A DNA stretch of 64,000 nt, taken from assembly GCA_964560155.1 (NCBI GenBank), contig CAZLKR010000002.1:18811-82810 (forward strand), read 5' to 3'. The notes beneath the pieces are model-generated. The model had not been told where the DNA came from. It worked only from the letters and a program-made list of their open reading frames with translations, and made no database searches. Shown here piece after piece: positions 53,245 to 63,596 of the stretch (its first letter is position 1; the number at the start of each line of letters is the position of its first letter). Source of the DNA: an uncultured Aquiluna sp. GTDB taxonomy: Bacteria; Actinomycetota; Actinomycetes; Actinomycetales; Microbacteriaceae. The translations under genes and the position numbers were made by a program.

Positions 53245-54107
53245 ACATCGACTTCACCAAGGGCCATGGCACGGGCAATGACTTTGTCTTGATTGCTGAT
53301 TTCGATGGCATTTTAGACCTCGACGAAGAGCAGATTCAGCTGATCTGCGATCGACACTTTGGCATCGGTGCCGACGGCCTGATCTTGGTCACAAGAACCG
53401 AAAACAGCGAAGTTGCTCACCTGCTGCACGATGAGCCAAATGCGGAATGGTTTATGGACTACCGCAATGCGGATGGCTCCAAGGCTGAGATGTGTGGAAA
53501 CGGTATTCGAGTCTTTGCTCGCTATCTGACAACCCGAGGACTCGCGAAGATCATCGATGGTTCCACGCTCCCGGTTGCTACTCGAGCTGGAGTGAAAGAC
53601 CTCACCAGCACTTCCACCGGCTTTGCTGTTGATCTAGGTCGTTGGGGTGTTGATTCAGACGATTACCTAGTCAAGGCTGAGGGCATTTCGGTTGCGAGAC
53701 CAGGGTTGGGCTTGAACCTTGGGAATCCTCACGTAGTGGTGGCGCTTGCCGATGATGACGAACTGCAGTCATTGGAACTGCACAAAGCGCCAAGGCTTGA
53801 CCCAAATCCTCGCAAGGGTGCCAACGTTGAGTTTGTTGTGTTGGATGACCCACTAATCAAAGAGGGTGTTGCCAGCATCTCGATGAGGGTTCACGAGCGT
53901 GGCGTGGGGGAGACCCTAAGTTGCGGCACCGGCATGGCCGCCGCCGCTTTGGCAATCAGACACTGGGCGGATAACGGTCAGAATTTCTGGCGAGTAAGGG
54001 TCCCAGGTGGCGAGGTTGGAGTTCGCATGTTCCCGACCGAAGACGGCGAACACGTTGCGATTTCAGGCCCTGCGGAACTGGTCTACAGCGGGATCTTTAG
54101 TCTCTAG
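53241..54107 (+). CDS. dapF: Diaminopimelate epimerase
   Basis: [32 protein letters not shown]. Confidence 0.97.
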   Translation: MNIDFTKGHGTGNDFVLIADFDGILDLDEEQIQLICDRHFGIGADGLILVTRTENSEVAHLLHDEPNAEWFMDYRNADGSKAEMCGNGIRVFARYLTTRGLAKIIDGSTLPVATRAGVKDLTSTSTGFAVDLGRWGVDSDDYLVKAEGISVARPGLGLNLGNPHVVVALADDDELQSLELHKAPRLDPNPRKGANVEFVVLDDPLIKEGVASISMRVHERGVGETLSCGTGMAAAALAIRHWADNGQNFWRVRVPGGEVGVRMFPTEDGEHVAISGPAELVYSGIFSL

Positions 54108-54702
54108 TTACCTCAAGGATGCGAAAGCCCTTGTCGGTTGAGAAACGGCTAGCGGTCAACTCGGGGAACTCACTCTGAATCCAAGCCAGCAATGAATCTG
54201 CACCCAGCTGCTTCTGCACCACCAGCATCGCCCGGCCTCCACTTTCCAGCCTGGGCAACCAAGTTGATAGCAGTTCATGAAGCGCGGTCTTGCCGATGCG
54301 GATTGGTGGATTTGACCAGATGGCATCAAAGCGCAGGTCGTTTGGAATCTGATCCGCTGTGACGGTCTTGATATTGTTCAGTCCAAGTTTTGCGGCATTT
54401 GTCTTCGCCAGTTCCAGGCTTCTAGTGTTCACATCCAGTGCCCAAAGGTTCGCTTCTGGGCTAAAGGTTGCGATGGCGAGAGAAATCGGACCCCAGCCAC
54501 ATCCCAAGTCCAAAACATTGCCTTCGGTTGGAAACTCATCGTGCTTGCTGAGTAAGACGGTGGTGCCAGGGTCGAGTTTGCTGGCGCTGAATGTGCCACG
54601 AGCGGCCTGAACGGCAAACTCTCGGTCGGCAACTTTGAAGGTTATCTCTCGAAGAGCAGCCGGTGAATCTGGGCTTTCGCTGAAATAGTGCTCTTGGGGC
54701 AT
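54097..54702 (-). CDS. Class I SAM-dependent methyltransferase (RsmC/MTS small-domain family)
   Basis: [26 protein letters not shown]. Confidence 0.9.
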   Translation of the reverse strand: MPQEHYFSESPDSPAALREITFKVADREFAVQAARGTFSASKLDPGTTVLLSKHDEFPTEGNVLDLGCGWGPISLAIATFSPEANLWALDVNTRSLELAKTNAAKLGLNNIKTVTADQIPNDLRFDAIWSNPPIRIGKTALHELLSTWLPRLESGGRAMLVVQKQLGADSLLAWIQSEFPELTASRFSTDKGFRILEVTRD

Positions 54703-54738
54703 GTTGCAAACCTAATACAGCCCTAGGGTTAAAGTGCG

Positions 54739-56172
54739 ATGGAAAACGAATCCACAATTGACCGCATCTTGCGACGCGGAGCAGCTGCACCTCGAAATGA
54801 GTTTGACGGTGACCAGCTTGATCTCGAGGCTCGAGACTCGCTCAGGCGCGTGGCTGGGCTCTCCACAGAACTCCAGGACATTACAGATGTTGAGTATCGC
54901 AAGCTAAGACTTGAGAAGGTCGTTCTAATCGGTGTTTGGGGTTCAGGGACCCTTACCGATGCCGAAAATGGACTTAGGGAACTGGCTGCGTTGGCGGAGA
55001 CCGCCGGCGCTGAGGTGCTGGATGGGCTGCTGCAACGCCGCCCCTATCCGGACCCAGCAACCTTCTTTGGCAAAGGCAAGGCCCAAGAGCTCAAAGAGCG
55101 CGTTGCACTGCTCGGTGCTGACACCGTTATCGCGAATGCCGAATTGGCTCCATCGCAGCGCCGTGCGCTGGAGGATGCCGTTGGAGTAAAGGTTGTAGAC
55201 CGCACCGCCATCATTTTGGACATCTTTGCCCAGCACGCTAAGAGTCGAGAGGGTAAGGCTCAGGTGGAGCTTGCCCAGCTCGAATACCTACTACCTCGCC
55301 TGCGAGGCTGGGGCGAGTCGATGTCTCGACAAGCCGGTGGTCAGGCTGCCGGTGGTGTTGGTATTGGATCTCGAGGACCAGGTGAGACCAAGATCGAGCT
55401 AGATCGCCGAAGAATCAACACCAAGATGGCCAAGCTAAAGCGCGAGATTATCGACATGAAGCAGGCTCGAGACATCAAGCGAGCAAAGCGCGAGAAGAAC
55501 AACGAGCCGCAGGTGGCGATTGCCGGGTACACCAATGCTGGCAAGTCCTCGGTGCTCAATCGCATGACCAAGGCTGGAGTCTTGGTTGAGAATGCCCTTT
55601 TCGCCACCCTGGACCCAACTGTGAGGCAGCACGAGACACCAGATGGCAGAAGCTACACGATTGCAGACACTGTTGGCTTTGTGAGGCAACTACCACACCA
55701 ATTGGTCGAGGCTTTTAGGTCGACTCTTGAAGAGATTGCCCACGCCGACTTGATTGTGCACGTGGTTGATGGCACCGATCCTGACCCTATGGGCCAGATC
55801 AGAACCGTGCACGAGGTTACCTCTGAGGTTGAGGCCTCCAACATCGCCGAGCTGATCGTTTTCAATAAGGCAGATCTGCTGTCTGATGAAGATCAGGTGC
55901 GATTGAGGGGCTTGGTTCCTGGGTCGCTATTGATCTCGGCGCGCACGGGTCTTGGATTCGAAGAGCTTGAAGCCAAGATTGCCGAACTTTTGCCTAAGCC
56001 GGATGTCGAGTTTGAGGGAGTTGTTCCCTACAGCAGGGGAGACCTAGTCTCACGCGCGCATCTTTCCGGCAAGGTGCTGGAAATTGAGTACGTGGAAACA
56101 GGGACAAGGCTAAAAGCACTGGTGAAGCCAGATCTGGCTTCGGAACTCAAAGAATTCGCTACACAGCCCTAA
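54739..56172 (+). CDS. hflX: GTPase HflX
   Basis: [42 protein letters not shown]. Confidence 0.98.
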   Translation: MENESTIDRILRRGAAAPRNEFDGDQLDLEARDSLRRVAGLSTELQDITDVEYRKLRLEKVVLIGVWGSGTLTDAENGLRELAALAETAGAEVLDGLLQRRPYPDPATFFGKGKAQELKERVALLGADTVIANAELAPSQRRALEDAVGVKVVDRTAIILDIFAQHAKSREGKAQVELAQLEYLLPRLRGWGESMSRQAGGQAAGGVGIGSRGPGETKIELDRRRINTKMAKLKREIIDMKQARDIKRAKREKNNEPQVAIAGYTNAGKSSVLNRMTKAGVLVENALFATLDPTVRQHETPDGRSYTIADTVGFVRQLPHQLVEAFRSTLEEIAHADLIVHVVDGTDPDPMGQIRTVHEVTSEVEASNIAELIVFNKADLLSDEDQVRLRGLVPGSLLISARTGLGFEELEAKIAELLPKPDVEFEGVVPYSRGDLVSRAHLSGKVLEIEYVETGTRLKALVKPDLASELKEFATQP

Positions 56173-56782
56173 GGACTGCGACTACCTTGCCCAGGATCAC
56201 GGCGTGGTCACCAAGGATTGGCTCAAAAGCTGAGTTTCTAGGTAGCAGCCAGGTGTGGCCATCACGCTGCTTGAAGGTCTTCACGGTCGCTTCGTCTTCC
56301 AGCAAAGCCGCAACGATGTCACCATTCTCTGCTGCTTGCTGCTGTCGAACCACAACCCAGTCACCGTCGCAAATAGCAGCATCAATCATTGATTCACCAA
56401 CGACCTTTAGTAGGAACAGGTCACCCTGGCCCACAAGTTGGCGAGGCAGTGCGAATACGTCCTCAACGTTCTGCTCTGCGGTGATTGGACCACCGGCTGC
56501 GATGCGGCCCACAAGCGGCACCATGGCTGCATCAGCCTTGATGATTTCTCCTGCGTAGTCGTCAAAGCCAAGAAGGTCGATTGTGCGAGGTCTGCGTGGG
56601 TCGCGGCTTATGAAACCAAGAAGTTCAAGCTTGTTGAGCTGGTGAGAAACGCTGGCCGTTGAGCTAAGTCCAACGGACTCGCCGATCTCGCGCATCGAAG
56701 GCGCATAGTTTCTAGCCTGCATGGATTCTCGGATAACGGCGAGAATTCGCTGCTGCACATCTGTCAATTCAGAGCTGTCCAT
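56159..56782 (-). CDS. lexA: SOS repressor LexA
   Basis: PSMREIG wHTH, GRIAAG cleavage site, [14 protein letters not shown]; ATG 56782 preferred. Confidence 0.98.
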   Translation of the reverse strand: MDSSELTDVQQRILAVIRESMQARNYAPSMREIGESVGLSSTASVSHQLNKLELLGFISRDPRRPRTIDLLGFDDYAGEIIKADAAMVPLVGRIAAGGPITAEQNVEDVFALPRQLVGQGDLFLLKVVGESMIDAAICDGDWVVVRQQQAAENGDIVAALLEDEATVKTFKQRDGHTWLLPRNSAFEPILGDHAVILGKVVAVLRAV

Positions 56783-56859
56783 CTCTGCGCCTCTCAAAAT
56801 GTCAGTGGGTGAAGTTTTACTTCCTTATGTCGAAACTGTATTCGCTCCCAAGGCGTTTG

Positions 56860-56875
56860 CCAAACACATTTTCGA
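56860..56875. promoter_or_regulatory. Degenerate SOS box upstream of lexA
   Basis: CCAAACACATTTTCGA; a weaker one (TCGAAACTGTATTCGC, 56830-56845) covers the minus-strand -10 TACAGT. Confidence 0.55.
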
Positions 56876-56903
56876 TTTATTTACAAGATAAGTAGAAAAA
56901 AAC

Positions 56904-56947
56904 TTGTAAATGTCAGAATTGTTTCTATACTTAGAACAAATGTTCGA
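56904..56947 (+). promoter_or_regulatory. SigA-type promoter and SOS box of the LysM gene
   Basis: TTGTAA-16 nt-TATACT directly followed by TAGAACAAATGTTCGA (GAAC-N4-GTTC). Confidence 0.8.
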
Positions 56948-56968
56948 AACAAAGAATCGAACAGAAGG

Positions 56969-57274
56969 GTGATGATCACAATGAGTGCTGTTACTTCCTA
57001 CCGACTAACCAACCCAAGACGTCTATTCCGTGGACTAGCAATCTTGGCCCTGGCAGGATCCTTCACCATGGCTTCGATCTCCGGCTCGGTTGCAGGCAAC
57101 CAAGAGCCAGGCACACTTGAGTATGTAACCGTGCAAGGCGGCGACTCACTTTGGTCGCTAGCCGACATCTACGCTCCAAACTCAGACCCACGCGACTGGA
57201 TTGCTGAGGTCGTTTTGCTAAACGCACTGACTTCAGTTGACCTAACTCCAGGTCAGCAGATCGCCCTGCCATAA
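56969..57274 (+). CDS. Membrane-anchored LysM protein, probable SOS division inhibitor (ChiZ/DivS/YneA-like)
   Basis: RLT..RR, TM helix, YVTVQGGDSLWSLA...LTPGQQIALP LysM domain; divergent from lexA; start may be 56981. Confidence 0.82.
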   Translation: MMITMSAVTSYRLTNPRRLFRGLAILALAGSFTMASISGSVAGNQEPGTLEYVTVQGGDSLWSLADIYAPNSDPRDWIAEVVLLNALTSVDLTPGQQIALP

Positions 57275-57296
57275 CCCTTTCGGGTAATCTCTAGGG

Positions 57297-58367
57297 GTGA
57301 CCAACCTCGAAGACTTGCCAATCAGGGACGACCTAAAGGGCCTCAAGCCCTATGGTGCTCCCCAGTTGGACGTCCCAATCCAGCTAAACGTAAATGAGAA
57401 CACGTTTGGCATTCCCGAGGCTGTTGCGATTGACATCATTCAAGAACTGGCTGCCGAAGTACTAAAGCTCAATCGATATCCAGATCGCGAGTTCATGCAG
57501 CTCCGCGCTGCATTCGCCCAGTACCTAGGTCACGGCCTAAAAGCGGATCAAATTTGGGCTGCGAATGGTTCAAATGAAATCATCACCCAGATTTTTCAAG
57601 CTTTCGGTGGTTCTGGAAAGACCGCACTTAGCTTTGGCCCGACCTACTCGATGTATCCAAACATCGCCCGTATTGCCTTGACTGAGTATCGGGAGCTTCC
57701 GCGACAGGCTGACTTCACTTTGAGTGCGGAATACGTGGCGCAAAAGTTGTCCGAAGAACGGCCAGCCATCGCCATTTTGTGTAACCCAAACAACCCAACC
57801 GGAACTGCTATCGACAATGCCGTCATCCAGGCTGCCTACGATGCTTTCGATGGAATCCTGCTGATAGATGAGGCGTATGCGGAGTTCTCATCGGAGGAAT
57901 CTGCGCTGGCTCTGCTGCCTGGGCGTCCAAGGCTGATTGTTAGTAGGACCATGAGCAAAGCATTCGCCTTTGCAGGAGCTCGTGTTGGTTACCTTGCTGC
58001 CGATGCGGCGATTGTTGATGCACTTCGGATTGTTCGTTTGCCTTACCACCTGTCGGCATTGACTCAGGCTGCCGCCCGAGCAGCCTTGCGTCACTCAGGC
58101 GAAATGCTTGCGAATGTTGAGCAGATAAAGATGCAGCGCGATCGCATGATTAACCAGTTGAGGACCATGGGCCTGCGTCCTTATCAGTCAGACGCGAACT
58201 TTGTGCTCGTGAAGGGTTTTGAGAATCCAGAGGCAATCTTTGAATCACTGTTGGCAAAAGGTGTGATTATTCGCAACGTCGGAATTCCAAATAGCCTGCG
58301 CATTACAGCGGGCACTGAGGCGGAGACCACCAAATTACTGGGTGAACTCGCCTTGATTCTTGACTAA
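57297..58367 (+). CDS. hisC: Histidinol-phosphate aminotransferase
   Basis: LNVNEN, NRYPD, NGSNE, PNNPTG, DEAYAEF, RTMSKAF. Confidence 0.97.
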   Translation: MTNLEDLPIRDDLKGLKPYGAPQLDVPIQLNVNENTFGIPEAVAIDIIQELAAEVLKLNRYPDREFMQLRAAFAQYLGHGLKADQIWAANGSNEIITQIFQAFGGSGKTALSFGPTYSMYPNIARIALTEYRELPRQADFTLSAEYVAQKLSEERPAIAILCNPNNPTGTAIDNAVIQAAYDAFDGILLIDEAYAEFSSEESALALLPGRPRLIVSRTMSKAFAFAGARVGYLAADAAIVDALRIVRLPYHLSALTQAAARAALRHSGEMLANVEQIKMQRDRMINQLRTMGLRPYQSDANFVLVKGFENPEAIFESLLAKGVIIRNVGIPNSLRITAGTEAETTKLLGELALILD

Positions 58368-58399
58368 ACTTGGGGAATCTTCCCAATCGAGGTCAAACA

Positions 58400-58999
58400 A
58401 TGAGCCGTATTGCCAATATCTCTCGCGAAACCAGCGAGTCAAAAATCGAGCTCGAGCTAAATCTAGATGGCTCTGGTAAATCAGACATTCAGACTGGTGT
58501 GCCATTTTTTGACCACATGCTGACGGCATTTTCCAAGCACTCCCTAATTGACCTAAAGGTCAAAGCGGTTGGCGATGTTGAAATCGATGTCCACCACACG
58601 GTTGAGGACACCGCCATCGTGCTTGGTCAAGCCCTAAAGCAGGCACTGGGTGATAAGTCCGGGATTGCTCGCTACGGAGACGCAACCGTCCCGCTAGATG
58701 AGGCGCTGGCTAGGGCAGTTGTCGATCTCTCGGGGAGACCTTTCTTGGTTCACTCGGGTGAGCCTCAGGGGTTTGAGTATCACCTGATCGGTGGTCACTT
58801 CACCGGTTCTATGGTTCGCCACGTATTCGAAGCAATTGCATTCAATGCCGGCCTCACTCTGCACGTGACAGTCTTAGCAGGTCGCGACGCTCACCACATT
58901 GCTGAGTCTCAGTTCAAGGCTTTGGCTCGAGCAATGCGCAAGGCAGTTGAGTTTGATGCTCGTGTTGCCGGTGTGCCATCTACCAAGGGCAGCCTTTGA
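58400..58999 (+). CDS. hisB: Imidazoleglycerol-phosphate dehydratase
   Basis: [35 protein letters not shown]; ATG 58400. Confidence 0.97.
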   Translation: MSRIANISRETSESKIELELNLDGSGKSDIQTGVPFFDHMLTAFSKHSLIDLKVKAVGDVEIDVHHTVEDTAIVLGQALKQALGDKSGIARYGDATVPLDEALARAVVDLSGRPFLVHSGEPQGFEYHLIGGHFTGSMVRHVFEAIAFNAGLTLHVTVLAGRDAHHIAESQFKALARAMRKAVEFDARVAGVPSTKGSL

Positions 59000-59625
59000 C
59001 TAAGACCGTTGCGGTCTTTGATTACGGCAGTGGGAACGTTCATTCGGCCTGCCGAGCGTTAGAACATGCCGGGGCGGAAGTTGTCCTCACTTCTGATCGC
59101 AAAGTGCTCTTGGAATCCGATGGCATGCTGCTTCCCGGGGTTGGGGCATTTGCTTCGGTAATGCGAAACCTGAAATCTCATAATGCGGAGAGCCTGATTG
59201 ATCAGCGCTTGATGGCCGGCCGGGCAGTGTTAGGCATTTGCGTTGGAATGCAGGTGATGTTTGAGCACGGAGTTGAACACGGCATCGACACCGAAGGCTT
59301 AGGGCAGTGGCCAGGAAGCGTGACAATGTTGCAAGCTCCCACCCTGCCTCACATTGGCTGGACCAAGGTGCAGGCCGCCCAGAAGAGCGTTCTTTTTGAA
59401 GGCCTTAGAGATGAGCGGTTCTACTTTGTTCACTCTTATGCGGCAAAGTCATGGGAATTGGATATCCAGCCACCTTTTGTGGAAGCAGCAGTGACATGGT
59501 CAGAACATGGCGAGCGATTTTTAGCAGCAGTGGAGAATGGGCCACTCAGCGCCACTCAGTTCCATCCTGAAAAGTCTGGTGAAGCAGGTTTGCAGCTGCT
59601 TCGAAATTGGATTCGGTCAATCTAG
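58996..59625 (+). CDS. hisH: Imidazole glycerol phosphate synthase glutaminase subunit
   Basis: DYGSGN, PGVGAF, GICVGMQ, YFVHSY, QFHPEKS. Confidence 0.97.
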   Translation: MTKTVAVFDYGSGNVHSACRALEHAGAEVVLTSDRKVLLESDGMLLPGVGAFASVMRNLKSHNAESLIDQRLMAGRAVLGICVGMQVMFEHGVEHGIDTEGLGQWPGSVTMLQAPTLPHIGWTKVQAAQKSVLFEGLRDERFYFVHSYAAKSWELDIQPPFVEAAVTWSEHGERFLAAVENGPLSATQFHPEKSGEAGLQLLRNWIRSI

Positions 59626-59632
59626 GAGAAAA

Positions 59633-60358
59633 ATGAAGCTCGAATTACTACCTGCCGTTGATGTTGCCTCGGGCAAAGCGGTTCGCCTAACTCAAGGTGA
59701 GGCAGGCAGCGAGGAGGACTTCGGCCACCCACTAGATGCGGCTTCGGATTGGATTGCTGCTGGAGCTGAGTGGATTCACCTGGTTGACCTTGATGCCGCA
59801 TTCGGCAGGGGCGAGAACCGAGAGGTTATTGCTGAGGTTGTAAGGCAAGCCGGTGCCACCAAGATCGAGCTGTCCGGCGGAATTCGCGACGATGCTTCAC
59901 TTGAGGCTGCTCTTGAATTGGGTGCAACACGAGTCAACCTTGGGACTGCGGCTTTAGAGAATCCGGACTGGACCGCGGACATCATTGCGAAGTATGGAGA
60001 TCAAATCGCAGTTGGATTGGATGTTCGAGGAACCACGCTGGCAGCCAGGGGCTGGACCCAAGAGGGCGGAGACCTGTTCGAGGTTTTAGCGAGATTAGAG
60101 CGGGCAAACTGTGCTCGCTACGTTGTCACCGATGTGACAAAGGACGGCACGCTCAAGGGGCCAAACTTAGATCTTTTGAAGCAGGTTATGGAGTTCACAA
60201 ACAAGCCGGTTGTCGCTTCCGGAGGCATCTCATCACTTCAGGACATAACGGACCTGCATGCGCTGGTTGGCTTGGGTCTTGAGGGTGCGATTCTAGGCAA
60301 GTCACTCTACGCAGGCCGCTTCACGCTGCAAGAGGCTCTGGCGATCGCCAACGGCTAA
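59633..60358 (+). CDS. priA: Phosphoribosyl isomerase A (HisA/TrpF bifunctional PriA type)
   Basis: [41 protein letters not shown]; ATG 59633 after AGGAG. Confidence 0.93.
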   Translation: MKLELLPAVDVASGKAVRLTQGEAGSEEDFGHPLDAASDWIAAGAEWIHLVDLDAAFGRGENREVIAEVVRQAGATKIELSGGIRDDASLEAALELGATRVNLGTAALENPDWTADIIAKYGDQIAVGLDVRGTTLAARGWTQEGGDLFEVLARLERANCARYVVTDVTKDGTLKGPNLDLLKQVMEFTNKPVVASGGISSLQDITDLHALVGLGLEGAILGKSLYAGRFTLQEALAIANG

Positions 60359-61098
60359 TGCACGATAAGTTTCATGACTCAGCCGGCACCCCATGGGAGG
60401 GGCGCGAGTTTTCGCAAAACAATTGGTCCCAGGACGACGGCTCAACGCCTCAGGTATTGGTTGAGGCTCTTGCGGGTGAGCTAGATAAATCAAAGTTCTT
60501 TCAAGCGCTATCGCAGTCTCGACTTCTGATTCCGTTGCTTGCGGAACTGGGGGAGAGCGGTGTTGGGGCACATGGCCAAACCGTGGATAAAAGTGCAGAC
60601 CTGGCGATCGTTGCGGTTAGCACCCCCGATGGCAAAACAGCGATTCCGGCATTTAGCTCAGTGTCCGAGATGACTGCATGGAACTCCACCGCTAGGCCAG
60701 TTCCGGTTGAGGCTCCAAAGCTTGCCGTCGCCGCGGTTAGCGAAGGCCATGATCGTGTTGTTGTTGATCCTGCTGGACGTGCAATTGGTATTCGCAGACC
60801 AGCCTTGGCAGCTCTGGCTCAGGGACTTGAGTGGCTGCCGCCACACCTGAGTGCTGCGGTAATCGAAATGGTCGATCAAGCCGCTTCCAGGCATCCCAGA
60901 ATAAAGTCTGTTCAAGTATTTGACGCTGATCCAAGCGGGCAACTTATGAAGCCGGAGCTTGGGATTGAAGTGGCGCTTGAGCCGGGGCTAGCCGCGCAGG
61001 AGCTGCAAGAAGTTTTGGCCTTGTTTGGAACCGATCTGCAAACTCAGGAGTTTTTGAAGCAGGTTGACTCGGTTACCTTCAAGTTGGTTGCTGGCTAG
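60358..61098 (+). CDS. SseB family protein
   Basis: DSAGTPWEGR, RLLIPLLA, PDGKTAIPAFSS, ARPVP. Confidence 0.8.
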   Translation: MHDKFHDSAGTPWEGREFSQNNWSQDDGSTPQVLVEALAGELDKSKFFQALSQSRLLIPLLAELGESGVGAHGQTVDKSADLAIVAVSTPDGKTAIPAFSSVSEMTAWNSTARPVPVEAPKLAVAAVSEGHDRVVVDPAGRAIGIRRPALAALAQGLEWLPPHLSAAVIEMVDQAASRHPRIKSVQVFDADPSGQLMKPELGIEVALEPGLAAQELQEVLALFGTDLQTQEFLKQVDSVTFKLVAG

Positions 61099-61415
61099 TT
61101 GACCGGCCCGGTGTACTTTTCACCAGGACCCTTGCCCGGCTCGTCTGGAATCACTGATGCCTCGCGGAATGCCAGCTGCAGGGAGCGCAAGCCATCTCGC
61201 AGTGGCCTAGCGTGGTGATCGCCAATCTCCGGCGCTGCAGCGGTAATCAATCCAGCTAGAGCGGTGATTAGCTTTCTTGCCTCATCTAAGTCCGCAGGGG
61301 CGTCTTCGGCAAGACCGCACTGGACCGCAGCTGCGCTCATCAGGTGAACTGCAGCGGTGTTGATGATTTCTACCGCAGGTACTTCGGCAATGTCTCTGGT
61401 GAGCTCTTCGGACAA
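61095..61415 (-). CDS. DUF1844 family protein
   Basis: RDIAEVPAVE, DLDEARKLI, LRSLQLAFREAS, PGEKYTGPV; divergent from infC. Confidence 0.8.
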   Translation of the reverse strand: MSEELTRDIAEVPAVEIINTAAVHLMSAAAVQCGLAEDAPADLDEARKLITALAGLITAAAPEIGDHHARPLRDGLRSLQLAFREASVIPDEPGKGPGEKYTGPVN

Positions 61416-61444
61416 AATTCCTCTTTCAAAAATGGCTTTTGTTC

Positions 61445-61594
61445 TGCTAGGCTACCTGAGGCTCTGGGCACTTAGCTCAGTGAAAGTGGATTACATTCCC
61501 ACCTGTCTACCGCCTCTAAAGGTATCCGGGTTTGAGCGTTTGATACTTTTGCACGCATTTCGCGTGAGTCAAAACGGTACCCAAGGAGCTAGTT
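61445..61594 (+). promoter_or_regulatory. infC-rpmI-rplT promoter and structured leader (candidate L20-responsive RNA)
   Basis: TGcTAGGCT extended -10; hairpins CTGGGC/GCTCAG and GTGG/CCAC; long GGGT...ACCC stem ending at SD AAGGAG. Confidence 0.55.
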
Positions 61595-62176
61595 ATCAGC
61601 GATCCACGCATCAATGAGCGTATTCGTGTCACCGAGGTTCGACTTATCGGACCAGCTGGTGAACAGGTTGGCGTTGTCCCTATTGAGCAAGCACTAAGAA
61701 TGGCCCGTGAGGCAGACCTAGACCTAGTCGAGGTAGCCCCAGGATCCACTCCTCCGGTTTGCAAGGTTATGGACTATGGCAAGTTCAAGTACGAAGCCGC
61801 TCAGAAGGTTCGCGAAGCTAGAAAGAATCAGGTCAACACTGTTTTGAAGACGGTTCGTTTCGGTCTAAAGATCGACGATCACGACTACAACACCAAGGTT
61901 GGACAGGTTCGCAAATTCCTAAAGGCCGGCGACAAGGTGAAGGTGATGGTTGTCTTCCGCGGTCGCGAGCAGTCCCGCCCAGAGATGGGTGTGAACTTGC
62001 TTCGCAAGCTAGCGGATGAAGTAACCGAATTCGGAACCGTGGAGTCGAACCCATCTATCGATGGCCGAAACATGGTCATGGTGATTGGGCCGTTGAAGAA
62101 CAAGGCAGAGGCAAGGGCCGAAGCTAAAAAGGCCCAAGCAAAGCCTGCACAGGCTGAAGCGACACAAGAGAACTAA
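61595..62176 (+). CDS. infC: Translation initiation factor IF-3, non-canonical ATC start
   Basis: Frame extends 35 codons upstream of the track ORF ([19 protein letters not shown]); ATC lies 6 nt after AAGGAG; [13 protein letters not shown]. Confidence 0.95.
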   Translation: MSDPRINERIRVTEVRLIGPAGEQVGVVPIEQALRMAREADLDLVEVAPGSTPPVCKVMDYGKFKYEAAQKVREARKNQVNTVLKTVRFGLKIDDHDYNTKVGQVRKFLKAGDKVKVMVVFRGREQSRPEMGVNLLRKLADEVTEFGTVESNPSIDGRNMVMVIGPLKNKAEARAEAKKAQAKPAQAEATQEN

Positions 62177-62185
62177 GGAGAGATC

Positions 62186-62380
62186 ATGCCGAAAATGAAG
62201 ACCCACTCGGGCGCCAAGAAGCGTTTCCGCTTTACCGGCAGCGGCAAGCTGATGAAGCAGCAGATCAACATGCGCCACAACCTGGAGCACAAGTCATCAA
62301 GACGCACCCGTCGTCTAAACGCGGACCAGGTAGTGTCCCCAGCAGATTTCAAGAAGCTAAAGAGACAGCTCGGCCGCTAG
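62186..62380 (+). CDS. rpmI: 50S ribosomal protein L35
   Basis: [14 protein letters not shown]. Confidence 0.98.
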   Translation: MPKMKTHSGAKKRFRFTGSGKLMKQQINMRHNLEHKSSRRTRRLNADQVVSPADFKKLKRQLGR

Positions 62381-62406
62381 CCGACGCTTAGAAATAGGAG
62401 TAGAAA

Positions 62407-62790
62407 ATGGCAAGAGTAAAAAACGCCGTCAACTCGCTGAAGAAGCGTCGTGTTGCGCTTGAGCGCGCTCACGGTTACCGCGGCCAGCGTTCACGTTTGT
62501 ACCGTATGGCGAAGCAGCAGTTGCTGCACTCGCTTGTATACGCATACAACGACCGCAGAAAGAACAAGGGTAACTTCCGTCGCCTTTGGATCCAGCGCAT
62601 CAACGCTGCTGCCCGCCTAAACGGCATGACTTACAACCGCTTTATCCAGGGCCTAGCGCTTGCTGGTATCGAGGTTGACCGTCGCATCATGGCTGATCTA
62701 GCCATCCACGACCCAAAGGCATTCGCCTCTTTGGTTGCATCTGCTAAGGCAGCTCTGCCAAAGGACGTAAACGCGGCCAAGGTCAGCTAA
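62407..62790 (+). CDS. rplT: 50S ribosomal protein L20
   Basis: [27 protein letters not shown]. Confidence 0.99.
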   Translation: MARVKNAVNSLKKRRVALERAHGYRGQRSRLYRMAKQQLLHSLVYAYNDRRKNKGNFRRLWIQRINAAARLNGMTYNRFIQGLALAGIEVDRRIMADLAIHDPKAFASLVASAKAALPKDVNAAKVS

Positions 62791-63587
62791 TGCTTGATGC
62801 CCCCAAGTCCGAAAGGGTGAAGGGGGTCGCACGCCTACAACAAAAAGACGCCCGGTTAGAAACCGGGCTCTTTTTGCTTGAGGGACCTCAAGGGCTCAAG
62901 GAGCTTGCTAAGCACCCGGAGTTGGCACAGGAGGTCTTCGCGACCACTGCCGCCCTAGATCGCTATGAGGACCTTTTCGACAAGCTCTATGACGCTTCGG
63001 TGCCAATCATCGAAGTCTCTGACCTTGTTATGGACAAGCTCTCCGACACCAAGACCCCTCAGGGTGTAATTGCGGTTGTCTCACAGCTCGATGTGACTTT
63101 AGATGAGCTTTTGGCTTCTGGGCCACAGCTAATTGCGATCTTGGATCAGGCTCGTGACCCAGGTAATGGTGGCACTGTGCTCAGGGCAGCCGATGCCGCA
63201 GGAGCAGACGCGGTGATTTTCACCACCGACTCGGTTGACCTTTACAACCCAAAGCTGGTGCGTTCGACAGCGGGCAGCATTCTGCACGTGCCATGCGTTG
63301 TCGAGCAAGATCCGAAAGTCCTGGTGGCTGCCTTGAAGGCCGCGGGAATCCAGGTGTTTGCGGCCAGCGCCGGTGGCAAAGAGATTACTGAAATGGGTGA
63401 GAGCCTCACCAAGCCAACCGCCTGGATTTTTGGCAATGAGGCTCACGGAGTATCGCCAGAAATGCTGGAAATGGCAGACGAAATCGTTGCTCTGCCGATT
63501 TACGGCGAGGCTGAATCGCTAAATCTTGCGACCGCAGCTTCAGTTTGTCTGTATGCCTCAGCCTTCGAAATGCACCGCAATCGCTAA
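62790..63587 (+). CDS. TrmH/SpoU family RNA methyltransferase
   Basis: DPGNGGTVLRAADAAG, FGNEAHG, ESLNLATA SPOUT motifs. Confidence 0.93.
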   Translation: MLDAPKSERVKGVARLQQKDARLETGLFLLEGPQGLKELAKHPELAQEVFATTAALDRYEDLFDKLYDASVPIIEVSDLVMDKLSDTKTPQGVIAVVSQLDVTLDELLASGPQLIAILDQARDPGNGGTVLRAADAAGADAVIFTTDSVDLYNPKLVRSTAGSILHVPCVVEQDPKVLVAALKAAGIQVFAASAGGKEITEMGESLTKPTAWIFGNEAHGVSPEMLEMADEIVALPIYGEAESLNLATAASVCLYASAFEMHRNR

Positions 63588-63596
63588 ACTTTACGA

